Assembly: GCA_002245135.1 (NCBI GenBank) | Contig: NGBS01000295.1 | Span: 310,001 to 372,222 of the forward strand | Origin: Proteromonas lacertae | Lineage: Eukaryota | Direction: 5' to 3' | Length of the DNA: 62,222 nucleotides | Part shown: positions 27,691 to 39,774 of the stretch, piece by piece | Layout: each line of letters begins with the position of its first letter | How positions within the stretch are numbered: the first letter of the stretch is position 1 | Notes under the pieces: generated by a model | What the model was told of the DNA's origin: nothing | The model's database searches: none | The model's input: the letters and a program-made list of their open reading frames with translations, nothing else | Translations under genes and position numbers: made by a program

Positions 27691-29029
27691 ATGAATCCTA
27701 TATATCTTGATTATAATGCTACTACTCCAGTAGATCAACAAGTATTGGATGCTATGATTCCATATTTCAAAGAACAATTCGGAAACCCTTCTTCTGATCA
27801 TTTCTTTGGACAGAGTATTGAATATAGTATGATTTAACATAAATAGCTGCTAAACATGCAATGGATGAAGCTAGATCTCATGTTTGCAGAGTGTGTTGGA
27901 GCAAAACCTGAAGAAATGGTTTTTATGTCTGGAGGTACTGAGACTATAAACTATGTAATAAAAGGTGTATTTTTTAATGCTCAGAAAAACAATTGGGGAA
28001 AGAGAATCGTCATTTCTTGTGTAGAACATGTAGCTGTGCTTGAATCATGCAAGTATTTCAATCATACTACATTAATAGATTCTTACAAGAGAATTATGGA
28101 GCTGAAATAATCACTTTAAATGTAAATTCTGAAGGTATTGTATCATCTGAAGAATTAAAAGCTTCATTAACACCATCGACAATATTAGTATCAATAATGA
28201 CAGTAAACAATGAAGTAGGCGCAATCCAACCAATCAGAGACTTCTCAAAAATCATTAAAGAATATACAACCAATCATCCTATACTATTTCACACAGATGC
28301 TTCACAAGCGATTGGTAAAATTCCAGTAAATGTGAAGGATTATGATATTGACTATTTAACTATAGCAGGACACAAAATATATGCACCAAAAGGTGTTGGT
28401 TGTTTGTATATTAAACATAATGATGAAATCCATTTACCCAAGTTAATACATGGTGCTATTAATCATGAAAATGGAATTAGAAGTGGAACTGAGAATATTC
28501 CATATATTGTAGGATTAGGAAAAGCATGTGAAATTATTGTATTTTATATTTATTTATATATTTATATATATATATATATTAATAGAATAAAGGATTGAAT
28601 AATGAAATGAAAAAGTTGAAAAAGTTGAGAGATCTGTTGGAAGATAGATTGAAAAGTAATTCACCAGTAGATGTATTTGTTTTATTATGTTTATATTTAT
28701 TTATTATTTGTTAGTATAGAATTAATGGTCCTACTGATGATAAACTACGTGTTCCTCATGTTTTAAAGTATAATAATTGTATATATTTGAATAGTATATC
28801 ATTCAAGAATTGTGTTTCTTCAAAATTGATTAATAAATTACAGAACACAGTGTGTGTTAGTGCTGGTGCTGCATGTCATAAATCAGATGTTTCATATGTA
28901 TTACAAGCGATGAATGTTCCTGAAGAATATCAAAGAGGTGTTTTAAGAATTAGTGTTGGAAGATTCACTACTGAAGATGAAATATATAAAGCTAGTGAAG
29001 AGATAATTAAAGCAATTAATGAAGTTTAA
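27691..29029 (+). CDS. Group I NifS-type cysteine desulfurase / selenocysteine lyase-like
   Basis: [30 protein letters not shown] lysine in [23 protein letters not shown]; no N-terminal presequence. Confidence 0.93.
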
Positions 29030-29196
29030 AATATGTTTTTTAATATGAGAGTATGTATATTTGTGAGAAAAAAAGGGAAAATGAAAATCTAATTTGAATT
29101 TGTGTTTATCAAATTAGAATTGAATAATTATTTTTTTCATTTTTTTGTTTGTTTGTATGATATAGCAATTTTATACTATTTCTAGTTAAGAAAATA

Positions 29197-29453
29197 ATGG
29201 ACTCATCTAATAAAGCAGCAAATTCAGGAGGTGTTAGACGTAGAGGTCATCAATCCTCAGGAGGTAAAGGTCAATCAACATTTGGTGAAGGAGGTTTAAG
29301 AATTGCAACTGATGATCATCCAGGAATTTATGTGTATTTATAAACTGTTATATATAATTTTTCTATAGAGGACCACAATCTGTCTTGATTTTATGTTTGG
29401 GATTCATTGGAGTAGTGATTTTACTTCATATCATTGGAAAAATGAGATCATAA
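29197..29453 (+). CDS. SEC61B: Sec61 beta subunit
   Basis: VRRRG...TDDHPGIYV|GPQSVLILCLGFIGVVILLHIIGK; one coding intron; a probable 5'-UTR intron at 29155-29185. Confidence 0.92.
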
Positions 29454-29560
29454 ATAAGATTTTGCGAAAGAAAGGATTATTCAATTTATATATGTTGATT
29501 ATTGTTTTGATTCATTTGAAATACCTATAAAAACCATAAGAACACAAAAAAATATATCAA

Positions 29561-31255
29561 TTAACTTCGAAAATACTGATCAATATCAAAATATGTTGGA
29601 ATAATATCAGTTTTACCCCAAACAGCGAATGACAAAGGACTTTCATAAGCTTGAGCTGCTGAATTCTTAATATCTTTCAAAGTAACTTTATCAATCTCAC
29701 TACAAACATCATCTAATAAGTATGGTTTACCATATACCAATGTCTGTCTTCCAATATCTTCACACCTACTTATTCTATTCTCTAAATTCATAGAAATTGA
29801 AGATTTCAAAAATGATTTTGCTCTATTCACTTCTTCATCAGTAGCTTTAAAATTACTGTAAGTTTTCATAAAATTACATAAACATTCTGTCAAATTCACT
29901 CCATATTTGGTAGGACAAATACCATGTATTCCAATAATTCCAGTTGTATCAAACGAATTCATAAAATGCTTACAATGTCTCATGAAGAAGTATTCTGATA
30001 AAGCTTCTCTGTATAAACGTGAATACATTCCTTTACCTGGACCACCTGATGAAAATGAAGAACCACCACCCATTAAGCATTGAGTATTGACATTGGAAAG
30101 AAATCTAAATAATAATATTTTAATTATTAAAGTATAAAAAAGATTGAAACAAAAAGAAAGATGTGATATTATAATAGTTAAATAATATATATATATATAA
30201 TATACCTTTCCCTTTCCATGATCCACCTTGTAATGCTATTAAAATATGAGTTGTCTTTTCATCATAAATTTTACTTGGTAAATCGTATTCACTTCTACTA
30301 TCACCTCCTACATATTTCAAATTCATTGATTTTAAATTTCTTTTTGGTTCTGATGGTAGTTTATTGAAATATTTCTTTACTAAATTCACCATTTCATTAT
30401 GATCTACACCAACTGCACTTATTACAGTTCTTGGAGCTGTATAATTTGATTTATAAAATGAATTACATTTATCCATTGTTAGATTTGCTAATGTATTTTC
30501 TGGACTGAAATAATGAATGACCATATGGTGTATTTGGTGAAAAAGATGCTTCAAATATATACTCAGGAGCAATCATTTCTGGTTCTTCGATTATTATATC
30601 TTCATATTCATATAAACATGCTTTCTATAAAGATTAGAAAATATATATATATATATATATATATACTTTAGCGTATTCAAATTGTTCTTCATCAAATTTC
30701 ATATCTTGTACTGTTAATGCTAATTGTTTTACACCTTCTTCTAAATGTGCTTTGATTAATTCCAATACAACAATACTATGATCTCTTTCAACTAATACTG
30801 TTTTATTAGCACCTATTGATTCTAAAATTGTTTGAGTTTCATTTGCATCTTGTGAACCATTTGCTCCAAATAAATTTTTATTTATTATTCTTGCAGATCC
30901 ATATGTTTCAGCTAAATTATAGATTATGATTTATTAACTGAATACGTTTTTCATACATGCTTCCTGCTTCGACAAATGCCCCAAATGCGCAAACCTATAC
31001 TTTATTTTTACTTAACATATACTGGTTCATAAGAATCTTGAGTAACAATCTTCAAACCATTAGGTAGAGTTGTAATTTTTGGAACCAAGTCAACACTTAA
31101 ATTGGAAAATTGTAATGGTGGAACTCTAAATATAATAAGCAAGAAAGATACCCAGGATATGGTACATTTAAGCCACATTTCTTTATTTCTGAAGAGAATC
31201 TTCTTGCTGTTTGCAAAATTCCGTTATTTATTCTTTTTCCATATTGAAGGAACAT
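29561..31255 (-). CDS. PMPCA: Mitochondrial processing peptidase alpha subunit
   Basis: Presequence-like MFLQYGKR...ARRFSS, TTLPNGLKIVT, glycine loop MGGGSSFSSGGPGKGMYSRLY, EDIGRQ. Confidence 0.95.
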
Positions 31256-31333
31256 AGTAATAATGGACTAAAAAATCAAATCTCAAACTTTCAGCTTGTT
31301 TGCATTTCACATTATTTAATAAATCTCATCAGT

Positions 31334-34300
31334 ATGAGTACTGAGTATTATTTTGATTATATTTATACAATATTTATAGAGAGCAAACTCCAGAAATACC
31401 TGATGCAGATGGTGAGAAGAAGATCTCAAAGAAACAACAAAAGAAGATGGCTAAAATGGGAAACAAAAAGGATAAGATGAGTAAAGAAGAGAAGATGAAG
31501 TTAGTATACACCTTTTTAATCTAATATTTCGAATAGTGGGCAAGTAATGATGCGAAGAAGGAAAAGAAACCCAAAAGTATAGCAACTCCAACTGCTGAAG
31601 AATTACCGTTTGTAAATCCAACTCCAAAAGGACAAAAGAAAGATTGTTCTGGTGATTTAGCTGGAGCTTATATTCCTCACGAAGTAGAATGTGCATGGGG
31701 TGATTGGTGGGAAGCTTCAGGATTTTTCTCACCAGATGTTGAAAAAGCTAAAGATGCTAAACCAGAAGAGAAATTCGTAATGGTTATACCACCACCAAAC
31801 GTGACAGGTACTTTACACATAGGTCATGGTTTAACCATCGCAATAGAAGATACAATTTGTCGTTGGAAGAGAATGAAAGGATTTCACACATTATGGGTTC
31901 CAGGTGTAGATCATGCAGGTATAGCAACCCAAGTAGTAGTAGAAAAAGCACTTCAAAAAGAAGAAGGTAAAAGTCGACACGATTTAGGTAGAGAAGCATT
32001 TGTGAAGAAAGTATGGGAATGGAAAGAGCAATATGGTAATACAATCACATCTCAATTAAGATTATTAGGTGCAAGTGTAGATTGGTCCAGAGAAACATTC
32101 ACATTAGATCCCAAACTATCAACTGCAGTAAATGAAGCATTTTGTAAGATGTTCAAGAAAGGATTAATTTATCGAGATAATCGATTAGTGAATTGGTGTT
32201 GTACGTTAAAAACAGCCATATCTGATATAGAAGTAGAATATTTAGATGTTGATAAACCAATTACACGTGTAGTACCAGGACATGATCCAAATAAGAAATA
32301 TGAATTTGGATATTTAACACACTTCGCTTATCAAGTAGAAAACAGTGATGAAACAATTGAAATCGCCACAACTCGTTTAGAAACAATGTTAGGTGATACA
32401 GCAGTAGCAGTTCATCCAGATGATAAGAGATATACACATTTACACGGTAAATACTTAATACATCCTTTCAATGGTAGAAGAATACCAATAATATGTGATT
32501 CAATATTAGTTGATATGAACTTTGGTACAGGTGCAGTAAAAGTAACTCCAGCTCATGATCCTAATGATTTTGCATGTGGACAAAGAAATAAATTAGAATT
32601 TATCAATGTATTAACAGAAGATGGTAAAATCAATGAAAATGGAGGTGAAGAATTCCAAGGAATGATGAGATTTGATGCAAGAATTGCAATAGAAGAAGCT
32701 TTAAAGAAGAAAGGATTATTAAGAGGTAAAGAACCAAATAAAATGCAAATTCCAATATGTTCAAGAAGTAAAGATATAATCGAACCAATGATAGTACCTC
32801 AATGGTATGTAAACTGTAAAGAAATGGCAGCTAGATCAGTAGAAGCAGTAAGAAAAGGTGATTTAAAGATATTACCTGATATGCATGTAGATACATGGTA
32901 TAAATGGTTAGAGAATATAAGAGATTGGTGTATATCTAGACAATTATGGTGGGGACATCGAATACCAGCTTATGAAATATATGATAGTGAAACAAACAAG
33001 AAGATCAGTGAAGAATGGTGTGTAGGAAAAAACGAAGAAGAAGCGTTAAAAGATGCAAAAGAAAGATTAAAAATTGAAAATGAAAATATAAAATTAGTAC
33101 AAGATCCTGATGTATTAGATACATGGTTTTCTTCTGGTTTATTCCCATTCTCTGTATTTGGATGGCCAAATGAAACAAATGAATTAAAAGCCTTCTATCC
33201 AACTACATTATTAGAAACAGGTCATGATATATTGTTCTTCTGGGTAGCTAGAATGGTAATGATGGCATTAGAATTAACTGATACTTTACCATTTAATACA
33301 ATCTATTTACATGCTTTAATCCGAGATAAATATGGTAGAAAAATGTCGAAAACATTGGGTAATGTAGTAGATCCAAGAGAGATAATAGATGGTGCAAAAT
33401 TAGAAACATTAATAGATAAATTATATCAAGGTAATTTAGATCCAAAAGAGATAGAGAAAGCAAAACAAGGTAAGATAGCTGATTTCCCAAATGGAATACC
33501 TGAATGTGGAGCAGATGCATTGAGATTTGGATTATTAGCTTATACTTGTCAAGGTATATTATATATATATTATTTATATATGATGTTTTAATAATCGCTA
33601 CGAAATGAACAATATTTAATTGTTTTGAAATAATTTTTTATTATGTACTGATCATTATTAATATTATAAATATCTATTAAAGTGATGTTTTATAAGGTTA
33701 TTAGCTTGATAAAAAGTAAATGAAATCAAAGTTTTAACTGATTAATAGATATTATTATTTTATATATATGATGTTATATATAATCGCTACGAAATGAACT
33801 ATTTTAATAGTTTTGAAATATATTTATATCATAACTGATTTATATATTCTTTATTATATTCTTTAATATATATATATATATATATATACTTATATTTGAA
33901 TAGGTCGTGATATCAATTTAGATATTAATAGAATCGTAGGATATAGACAATTCTGTAATAAACTATGGAATGCCACAAAATTTGCTTTAACCAATTTGAA
34001 TCTAGAAAATAATAAATTTGAACCACCAGTTGATTATGTTAAAGATATGAAAGAAATATACAATTCCTTAGCCTTCAGAGATAAATGGATATTATCCAAA
34101 TTACATAGAACGTGTAAAACAATGAATGAACAATTAGAATCTTTTGATTTTTCCTCATTAACAACCTCCATTTATAATTTCTGGCTATATAATCTATGTG
34201 ATGTTTATTTAGAATTAATCAAGCCAATAGTTCGAGGCAATGATAAAGAAGCTATAATAAAAGCACAAAAGACATTATATATATGTTTGGATTATGGTTT

Positions 34301-34976
34301 GAAATTATTACATCCAATAATGCCATTTATAACAGAAGAATTATGGCAAAGAATCCCAGGTCGAAATGGTAAAGTAATTAATGACAAAGCATCAATAATG
34401 TTGACAAATTACCCTGAATGTGATGAAATGTATATAAGTGATAAGATGGAGAATGAAATGAGTTTATTATTAGATATAATTCACAGTGGAAGAGCCATAA
34501 GAGCAGAATATATGAAATCCAGTAATAGCAGTGCTATAGCAGGTCAAAAAGCAAAATTCTTTATAAGTTGTAATAAATCCGATAATATTGATAGTTTAAA
34601 AGAAAGATTAGATGATTTTAAAACACTTTGTAATGCTGAAAGTGTAATAGTAATTGATTCAACTAATGAAGAAGAAATGAAAGAAATTCCAGTAACTTGT
34701 GGTGTTTCAATTACAAATGAATTTATAAAAGTTCATATGGATTTAGCAGATTTGGTTGATTTTGATGTAGAAATTGGTAAATTAAAAGCAACACTGGAAC
34801 AAACAACAAATCAATTGAATGTAACAAAGAAGAAGACTGAAATAGCCGATTATGAAACAAAAGTACCTGAGAATATTAGAAATACCACAAGTGAGAAAAT
34901 TAGTGCATTAGAGCAGAAGATATCATCAATTGAAGAAGCTATTCAAAAATTTGAATCTATGAAAATAAAGAAATAA
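31334..34976 (+). CDS. VARS1: Valyl-tRNA synthetase
   Basis: [30 protein letters not shown] and C-terminal coiled coil; two short introns plus a 350-nt intron at 33554-33903. Confidence 0.98.
33580..33651 (+). ncRNA. Intronic box C/D snoRNA candidate 1
   Basis: C-like ATGATGT at 33580, guide AATCGCTACGA, D'-like ATGA, D box CTGA at 33648. Confidence 0.75.
33672..33750 (+). ncRNA. Intronic box C/D snoRNA candidate 2
   Basis: C-like GTGATGT at 33682 and D box CTGA at 33738, enclosed by a perfect 9-bp terminal stem ATCTATTAA/TTAATAGAT. Confidence 0.75.
33768..33838 (+). ncRNA. Intronic box C/D snoRNA candidate 3 (paralog of candidate 1)
   Basis: ATGATGT at 33768, the same guide AATCGCTACGA plus ATGA, CTGA at 33835. 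Confidence 0.75.
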
Positions 34977-35022
34977 ACCACTTTTTATATTTGCTTCATT
35001 ATTTCTATATATTTGTGTGATT

Positions 35023-38000
35023 TTAATACATTGTTCTGTTTGACTCAATTCTCAATTTTTCACGAATTACCAAATTTTTGATTGTATCAGTTATGAATCT
35101 AAGATTACCACCTTTAGTAACATCATCTTCATATGTTTCATATATTAGTATATTTTCATATTTTGTTTTTGATAAAGAAGATTTACTAATACCTTTTAAA
35201 ATATCATCAATCATTTTCTCATCAATTTTTTCTGCTATACAATCTATACTTTTCTCATTAAATTGATAATTTCCTATCACACCTCCATAATATTCAAAAT
35301 TCTCATCATATAATTTTATATCAACTTCATATATTTTTTTTAAATTCATTAATCTTTCTTCATCTAAATCAGGTATTTTCTCTAAAATTTTGAATTTGTC
35401 TTCTAAATCTTTCATTTCATGAAAACCATTTCCTTTTGTTGTAGTTAGAGCTGGATTTTTCAGTATTTTTACTTTCTCTATTTCTTCTTTTGTAAATGGT
35501 GGTATATACATTACCAAAGGGCATCTTTTGTTTTGAAAGGTTTTACATTTTTCATCAGATGGCTTGGATATTACTATTATTGCTTTTGCATCAGCATATT
35601 CATCTTCACCAACAACTCCTCCATCAGAAATTACTATATATGGATTATTATTCTTATTATTATAATAATTATCATTACTATAAGATCCTTGGCCACAGTT
35701 ATACTTATAAACTATTCGAATTTCACTATAATGTTGATGAATATAATCTCTTATTAGATGAGCTAATACTGTTTTACCTATTTTAGAATGACCAAATATT
35801 AAATAGTTTCTTTGATTATTATATTCAAATTTTTCATCTTTACATATTATATTCAAGATATCATAGAAACATTTTCTCATTAATAAGAATTCATTTCCTT
35901 TTACATACACATCTCTACCAGTTTCTTCTTCTTTTGCTTTTGATGTTGTTAATAGTGTTTCACTAGTTTTTGTTGATAGTGTTTTTTCTTTAGACAGATT
36001 AACAAAACATGGATTTAATATTCTATTATTTAATGTAGCATAATAAAAACATCCCTCTTTCTTTTCACTATAATCCTATTTTATTATAAATATAATACAT
36101 ATATACATACTTTAATAGATTCTTCAATTTTTTCTATTTCTTTTTCTTCAACAAAATTTTCATCATCTAATAAGATTTTTATAAATATTCCATTTATAAT
36201 CAAATCAAAATAGTTACTTTCATCCAATATATAATAAACATAATATTTTCCTTCAGCTGGACGATGAATAGAGACTTGTTTTTCAAATTTTATTTTGAAA
36301 TCAGGATTACTATTAATTGTAATAACTTTACCATCACGATCTTTATATTTCAACTCTAATTTAATCTTTTCAATACTTAATTCATATGCTATTATCTGTT
36401 TCATAACTATTCGCTTCATGTTTTTATCATCATCCTTAAGTTTATCATAGTATTTTGTGATTTCATCATATTCTGTTTTATCTTTAATTGGATAGTATTT
36501 ATAAATTATATATTTTTCTACAGAATCTGAAACGAATTTTAAGTGTTCTTTTGGAGTTAATATTTTATGATCTAAATATTCATCATATTTTTCTTCTAAA
36601 TCATATTTTAATATTATATTGGACAATTCTATTTCTGGAAAATTTTCTTTATCCAAATAATTCTGTAGAAATTCATTATATCTTATAGAACCAACTACTC
36701 CTTTGATTAATTCTGTGTAATATTCCCAATAATTTCTATTCTCATAATTCTTTGCATATAAATAGTGATAATAAATCAGTCTTGGAATATTACCATATTT
36801 TTCACATATCTCTTTAAATTCATCTCCATTAACATCAACATTAAAATCAATACAATTCTTAAACCATTCTTTAATTTCTCTATCATCTAATGAATCAAAG
36901 TATAATTTTTTACATTCTCTATTATGTTGTGTATAATTGCTATAATTATCATTATTTGGAGAACTTATTGAGATTATTTTATTTCCACCTCCAAATTCAC
37001 AATTAATAGTATCAACTATTATAATAGAGTCTTCTATTTTGTCTGGTCGAATATCTTACTTTGGTAATTTTATGATTTTTGAACAAATATACTTTCTTCT
37101 CCTCTGGATTTCCATTTCTTTTACCCTTCACTATGTAGATATCTTTTAATTGTTTATCTTTTCTTCTCCATTCATTTAAAAAGTAATAATTAAATCCTTT
37201 TAAACCTGATACTTTATAATCACAATTTTTACATTTGTCAATTTCTATTATGCTAATTTCTTTTTTCATCATTTCTAAAGATTTCTCCATATTCTTTATA
37301 TCTTCATTCTTTTCCTTTTTAGCTTTAAATTCATCTTTAAGCTTTTCCACAATACTAATCTCATTCAACAATTCTTTTTTATATAAATAATTTTCTTCTT
37401 CATCATCAAAATCTATTGGTAAATTCTTTATGAAATACAATAGAACATAGATAAATGATGTTTTACCTATACCAGGTTGACCAGTTATCACTACATAGTC
37501 ATGTAACCACATACTTTTACAAATATCTTTAAACATCTCTTCATAACACTTTCGCATATATATTTTTCTTTGAGGAAACTGAAATATATTCACTTCATCA
37601 CTAAATTTTAAACATTTATCATCATCACATAAACTCAAACTATTAACAACTTCTACAAAATTATCCTCAGTTAATTTCTGCTTTTTAACTTCCCTATCAT
37701 CTTCTATTGACGTATTAACTACTTTTCTTTTATTTGGCTTATCATCTTTATTACATAATCTCTTAAAACTCACTCTTATAGCTTCAACTCTACTTTCATC
37801 TATTGTACATTCTCCTTTAAATCTCTTCATCATTACTACATTTGTTTCATCTTCTATTTCTTTGTAATATTCGATTAATTCTACAATACCATTTTTATTA
37901 CCAATGTTTATAAATGGATAAATTAGTTTTGGTATATGTTGGAATACTAATTGTTCTTCACCATCTCCTTGTTTTATCTTTATTATTTTCTCATTCATAT

Positions 38001-38970
38001 CATATATTACTTCATATATTACTCCTTTTACTGCTAAAACAGTTTCAAATTCTTTTTTTATACAAATCATTTCATCGTTACCAAGCAACAATGATGAGTC
38101 AAGTTGTAATAATACCATCAGATCATCACTAATAATTGCATCATTACTTCTACAACAACCAAAACATATTCCAACATCAACATTAATTATCTTATAAAAG
38201 AAATGATATACACCACTCTCCATTCTTTCATTTAATATATAATTATAATCACCATTATCATTGTCTTTGAATATACTTTTACATTCTACTACATATTCAA
38301 TTTTATCATCATTCATTCTCGAATTGTTCTTATTATCATGTGCAAATTCTCCTTCTATCTCTTCTATTGCTGTTGTTGAGTGTGTAGATATTTCTTCTTC
38401 CTCTATCTCTTCCATTATTTTAATCTCTGTCTTTTTTGTTTTTGACTTTTCTTTTGTAGTACTAATTTCATATCTTAGTCTCTTCTTCACGTTTCTTTCT
38501 TTGGTTATAATAATTTCATCACCTTTCTTAAATAAAACAAATAGTGGATAAATTGCTTTATCACTTTCTTGATTAATTGGTATTGTTTCTTCATTAAGTG
38601 ACTTTGATTTTCCATTAACTGACATTGTTCTTTCTTTTAAATTGTATCTAATCTCATAAACTTTATCTTTTCCTAAATCTTTGTCTACAACTACCACTAT
38701 GTTTTCTTCATTTATAAGTAATGGCTCTTTCGTTATTATTATCACTTTATCACCATCTTCTTTATTTATAGATCTAGAATATCCTATCCCAACCTTATTA
38801 ACTTCAGTCTTAATTTCGATTTTCAATGTACACACTTCATCTTCAATTATTTCATGCCAAATACCAATTCTTGACCAAACATTCGTATTTTTAAAATTAT
38901 TTCCAGTAATCTGCGTAACTTTAGGATAAATTTGATCAAACTTTTTCAAGCTGTCGCAAACGCCACTCAT
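35023..38970 (-). pseudogene. Crinkler/RHS-like tandem NTPase gene, frameshifted and C-terminally truncated paralog
   Basis: Collinear with 39775-44277. One extra base near 37056 shifts the frame; intron at 36076-36110; stops at IESNRTMY* before the REase-like domain. Confidence 0.7.
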
Positions 38971-39165
38971 TTATCTAATTAACAAGAATTAATAATAATA
39001 AATACCGAATTTTGACTGATAACTGAGTTATGAAGAATAATTAATCTGAATGAATAACCAATTAAATCGATCCAACAAATAACCAATGAATTATGTAATA
39101 TTTTATTTCTTTTTTATAGAATATAATTATTTTAAATTTCTGGAATTGATTTAAGTTATTATAAA

Positions 39166-39610
39166 TTTTCATTTCTTATGTTATTTAACTATGCAATATA
39201 ATTTAGAGTGTTTTTCACTCTGATTAACAGAAAGGTCTTTTAGTATCAGTTTTAGATACAATATTGAGATTTTTTTTAGATGTATTGCAGTAAGTTTATT
39301 ATTTGAAATATTCATTCATGCAAGTTAAGTCTTCAATCCAAAACATGTGAAACAACTATTCTTTTCCCTAAGATTCAGAAATATAAATAATACAAAGTTA
39401 TGTTATTGTGAATTATAAGAAGGTAGACGTCGTTTCTTATTACATTATAAGTACATTTATAACTAAAGGTTAGCTAGTCATAAAATAAATATATTATGGA
39501 ATATAAGATATAATTACAATTATTCATTCATATATTTATCATTCATCAGGAGTATTTAACTAAATCACTCTAAATTCTATTGCATTGTTAAATAACATAA
39601 GAAATGAAAA
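39166..39610. promoter_or_regulatory. Conserved ~45-bp upstream element in inverted orientation before each CR-like paralog
   Basis: 39166-39210 is the near-identical reverse complement of 39566-39610; the surrounding spacer is much less similar. Confidence 0.6.
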
Positions 39611-39774
39611 TATGTAATAATCTAAGTCTATTCATGAAATTAGGATGTTATATCTCTTCTACATCACTAAAAAAACGAAATGCAAATAAAATAGAATTTG
39701 ATTCTTCATTCGTTTTTTTCTGTTATTAGTCCAACAAAGGTATTTATTACTATTAATTATTATGAATTAGATAA

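Noticed and set aside
31125..31151. GTATCTTT donor in MPP-alpha as a U12 intron
   Set aside because: Only 26 nt with no clear branch motif; it fits the ordinary short GT-AG class.
1..34976. Stop codons completed by polyadenylation, as in mammalian Blastocystis subtypes
   Set aside because: Every gene end I traced has a genomic TAA/TAG/TGA, with no TGTTTGTT placed just downstream.
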